Below are positions 16,348 to 19,489 of a DNA stretch of 19,489 nucleotides, piece after piece. The stretch lies in the IMG/VR virus record IMGVR_UViG_2609459850_000001. The stretch is one strand, 5' to 3'. Below the pieces are notes generated by a model. The model was not told where the DNA came from. It searched no databases and was given only the letters and a program-made list of their open reading frames with translations. Made by a program: the position numbers and the translations under genes. Each line of letters opens with the position of its first letter. The stretch's first letter is position 1. The stretch is from a virus. Its lineage: Duplodnaviria; Heunggongvirae; Uroviricota; Caudoviricetes.

Positions 16348-19300
16348 ATGGGTAAAGGCAGCAGTAAGGGGCATACCCCGCGCGAAGCGAAGGACAACCT
16401 GAAATCATCCCAGATACTGAGCGTGATAGACGCCATCAGTGAAGGGCCGGTTGAAGGTCCGGTGGACGGATTAAAAAGTGTGCTGCTGAACAGTACGCCA
16501 GTGCTGGACAGTGAGGGGAATACCAATATCTCCGGTGTCACGGTGGTGTTCCGGGCAGGTGAGCAGGAGCAGTCACCGCCGGAGGGATTTGAATCCTCCG
16601 GCTCCGAGACGGTGCTGGGTACGGAAGTGAAATACGACACGCCGATCACCCGCGCCATCACGTCGGCAAACATCGACCGACTGCGCTTTACCTTCGGTGT
16701 GCAGGCACTGGTGGAAACCACCTCAAAGGGGGACCGGAATCCGTCGGAAGTTCGCCTGCTGGTTCAGATACAGCGTAATGGTGGCTGGGTGACGGAAAAA
16801 GACATTACCATTAAGGGCAAAACCACCTCGCAGTATCTGGCCTCGGTGGTGGTGGATAACCTGCCGCCGCGCCCGTTTAATATCCGGATGCGCAGAATGA
16901 CGCCGGACAGCACCACAGACCAGCTGCAGAACAAAACGCTCTGGTCGTCATACACCGAAATCATCGATGTGAAACAGTGCTACCCGAACACGGCACTGGT
17001 CGGCGTGCAGGTGGATTCGGAGCAGTTCGGCAGCCAGCAGGTGAGCCGTAATTATCATCTGCGCGGGCGTATTCTGCAGGTGCCGTCGAATTATAACCCG
17101 CAGACGCGGCAATACAGCGGTATCTGGGACGGAACGTTTAAACCGGCATACAGCAACAACATGGCCTGGTGTCTGTGGGATATGCTGACCCATCCGCGCT
17201 ACGGCATGGGGAAACGTCTTGGTGCGGCGGATGTGGATAAATGGGCGCTGTATGTCATCGGCCAGAATTGCGACCAGTCGGTGCCGGATGGCTTTGGCGG
17301 CACGGAGCCGCGTATTACCTGTAATGCGTACCTGACCACGCAGCGCAAGGCGTGGGATGTGCTCAGTGATTTCTGCTCGGCGATGCGCTGTATGCCGGTA
17401 TGGAACGGGCAGACGCTGACGTTTGTGCAGGACCGGCCATCGGATAAGGTGTGGACCTATAACCGCAGTAATGTGGTGATGCCGGATGATGGCGCGCCGT
17501 TCCGCTACAGCTTCAGCGCCCTGAAAGACCGCCATAATGCCGTTGAGGTGAACTGGATTGACCCGAACAACGGCTGGGAGACGGCGACAGAGCTTGTGGA
17601 GGATACGCAGGCCATTGCCCGTTACGGTCGTAACGTCACGAAGATGGATGCTTTTGGCTGTACCAGCCGGGGGCAGGCACACCGCGCCGGGCTGTGGCTG
17701 ATTAAAACAGAACTGCTGGAAACGCAGACCGTGGACTTCAGCGTGGGCGCAGAAGGGCTTCGCCATGTGCCGGGCGATGTCATTGAAATCTGTGATGATG
17801 ACTATGCCGGTATCAGCACCGGCGGGCGCGTGCTGGCGGTAAACAGCCAGACCCGGACGCTGACGCTCGACCGTGAAATCACGCTGCCATCCTCCGGCAC
17901 CACGCTGATAAGCCTGGTTGACGGTGAGGGTAATCCGGTCAGCGTGGAGGTCCAGTCCGTCACCGACGGCGTGAAGGTGAAAGTGAGCCGTGTTCCTGAC
18001 GGCGTTGCTGAATACAGCGTGTGGGGGCTGAAGTTGCCGACGTTGCGCCAGCGCCTGTTCCGCTGCGTGAGTATCCGTGAGAACGACGACGGCACGTATG
18101 CCATCACTGCCGTGCAGCATGTACCGGAGAAAGAGGCCATCGTGGATAACGGGGCGCACTTTGACGGCGACCAGAGCGGCACGGTGAATGGTGTCACTCC
18201 GCCAGCAGTGCAACACCTGACCGCAGAAGTCACCGCAGACAGCGGGGAATACCAGGTGCTGGCGCGCTGGGATACGCCGAAGGTGGTGAAGGGCGTGAGC
18301 TTCCTGCTTCGCCTGACCGTGGCAGCGGATGACGGCAGTGAGCGGCTGGTCAGCACGGCCCGGACGACGGAAACCACATACCGCTTCACGCAACTGGCGC
18401 TGGGGCGTTACATGCTGACGGTCCGGGCGGTAAATGCGTGGGGGCTGCAGGGCGATCCGGCATCGGTATCGTTCCGGATTGCCGCACCGGCAGCGCCGTC
18501 TCGGATTGAGCTGACACCGGGCTATTTTCAGATAACCGCCACGTCACATCTTGCGGTTTATGACCCGACGGTACAGTTTGAGTTCTGGTTCTCGGAAAAA
18601 CGGATTACCGATATCAGGCAGGTTGAAACCACAGCCCGCTATCTTGGCACGGCGCTGTACTGGATAGCTGCCAGTATCAATATCAGGCCGGGCCATGATT
18701 ATTATTTTTACGTTCGCAGTGTGAACACCGTTGGCAAATCGGCATTCGTGGAGGCTGTTGGTCGGGCGAGCGATGATGCGGAAGGTTACCTGGATTTTTT
18801 CAAAGGCCAGATAACCGAATTCCATCTCGGCAAGGAGCTGCTGGAAAAAGTCGAGCTGACGGAGGATAACGCCAGCAAACTGGAGGAGTTTTCGAAAGAG
18901 TGGAAGGACGCCAGTGATAAGTGGAATGCCATGTGGGGCGTCAAAATTGAGCAGACCAAAGACGGCAAACATTATGTCGCGGGTATTGGCCTCAGCATGG
19001 AGGACACGGAGGAAGGCAAACTGAGCCAGTTCCTGGTTGCCGCTAACCGTATCGCGTTTATTGATCCGTCTAATGGCAACACAAGACCAATGTTTGTTGG
19101 TCAGGGCGATCAGATATTCATGAACGACGTGTTCCTGAAACGCCTGACGGCTCCGACCATTACCAGCGGCGGTAATCCTCCGGCATTTTCCCTGACACCG
19201 GATGGGCGGCTGACGGCGAAAAATGCCGATATCAGCGGTAACGTGAATGCGAACTCCGGGACGCTCAACAACGTCACGATTAACGAGAACTGTCGGGTTC

Positions 19301-19489
19301 TGGGAAAACTGTCCGCGAACCAGATTGAAGGCGATCTCGTTAAAACAGTGGGCAAAGCTTTCCCCCAGGACTCCCGTGCACCGGAACGGTGGCCATCAGG
19401 GACCATTACCGTCAGGGTTTATGACGATCAGCCGTTTGACCGGCAGATTGTTATTCCGGCGGTGGCATTCAGCGGCGCTAAACATGAGA
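16348..19489 (+). CDS. J: tail tip / central tail fibre protein J, 5' partial (about 1047 codons; continues beyond window end)
   Basis: ATG at 16348 with GGAG 8 nt upstream. The N-terminus [20 protein letters not shown]... and long internal stretches match lambda gpJ. There is no stop before the window end, so it is missing from the ORF track. Confidence 0.95.
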   Translation, partial: MGKGSSKGHTPREAKDNLKSSQILSVIDAISEGPVEGPVDGLKSVLLNSTPVLDSEGNTNISGVTVVFRAGEQEQSPPEGFESSGSETVLGTEVKYDTPITRAITSANIDRLRFTFGVQALVETTSKGDRNPSEVRLLVQIQRNGGWVTEKDITIKGKTTSQYLASVVVDNLPPRPFNIRMRRMTPDSTTDQLQNKTLWSSYTEIIDVKQCYPNTALVGVQVDSEQFGSQQVSRNYHLRGRILQVPSNYNPQTRQYSGIWDGTFKPAYSNNMAWCLWDMLTHPRYGMGKRLGAADVDKWALYVIGQNCDQSVPDGFGGTEPRITCNAYLTTQRKAWDVLSDFCSAMRCMPVWNGQTLTFVQDRPSDKVWTYNRSNVVMPDDGAPFRYSFSALKDRHNAVEVNWIDPNNGWETATELVEDTQAIARYGRNVTKMDAFGCTSRGQAHRAGLWLIKTELLETQTVDFSVGAEGLRHVPGDVIEICDDDYAGISTGGRVLAVNSQTRTLTLDREITLPSSGTTLISLVDGEGNPVSVEVQSVTDGVKVKVSRVPDGVAEYSVWGLKLPTLRQRLFRCVSIRENDDGTYAITAVQHVPEKEAIVDNGAHFDGDQSGTVNGVTPPAVQHLTAEVTADSGEYQVLARWDTPKVVKGVSFLLRLTVAADDGSERLVSTARTTETTYRFTQLALGRYMLTVRAVNAWGLQGDPASVSFRIAAPAAPSRIELTPGYFQITATSHLAVYDPTVQFEFWFSEKRITDIRQVETTARYLGTALYWIAASINIRPGHDYYFYVRSVNTVGKSAFVEAVGRASDDAEGYLDFFKGQITEFHLGKELLEKVELTEDNASKLEEFSKEWKDASDKWNAMWGVKIEQTKDGKHYVAGIGLSMEDTEEGKLSQFLVAANRIAFIDPSNGNTRPMFVGQGDQIFMNDVFLKRLTAPTITSGGNPPAFSLTPDGRLTAKNADISGNVNANSGTLNNVTINENCRVLGKLSANQIEGDLVKTVGKAFPQDSRAPERWPSGTITVRVYDDQPFDRQIVIPAVAFSGAKHE

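Noticed and set aside
16948-18393. 481-aa ORF (and nested 195-aa ORF at 17802-18389) on the - strand inside J
   Set aside because: Antisense to the J coding sequence, which matches lambda J throughout. Arg/His/Ala-rich composition is consistent with a chance open frame in GC-rich coding sequence.

Overview
This window is the late (packaging, head and tail) operon of a lambdoid prophage from an E. coli-like enterobacterium, with every real gene on the + strand. Order: partial IS5 (left edge, transposase on - strand), a small YbcW-like ORF, a candidate cos site, terS (Nu1/NohA-like), terL (gpA-like), W-like, portal, a single fused protease-scaffold-major capsid gene, a small head protein, an FII-like protein, then Z, U, V, G/G-T (-1 frameshift), H (tape measure), M, L, K, I and the 5' 3.1 kb of J, which runs off the right edge. 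The tail half (U through J) closely matches my memory of phage lambda proteins; the packaging/head half is a different lineage (Gifsy-2-like tripartite capsid gene). I see no rRNA, tRNA or CRISPR array, and no inserted defence or accessory (moron) cassette between terS and J. I therefore cannot support a claim of a novel biological system here; the interesting material is regulatory and structural detail (IS5 placement, cos, frameshift site, internal hairpins, fused capsid gene). All homology calls are from recollection of lambda/IS5 sequences, not database searches.
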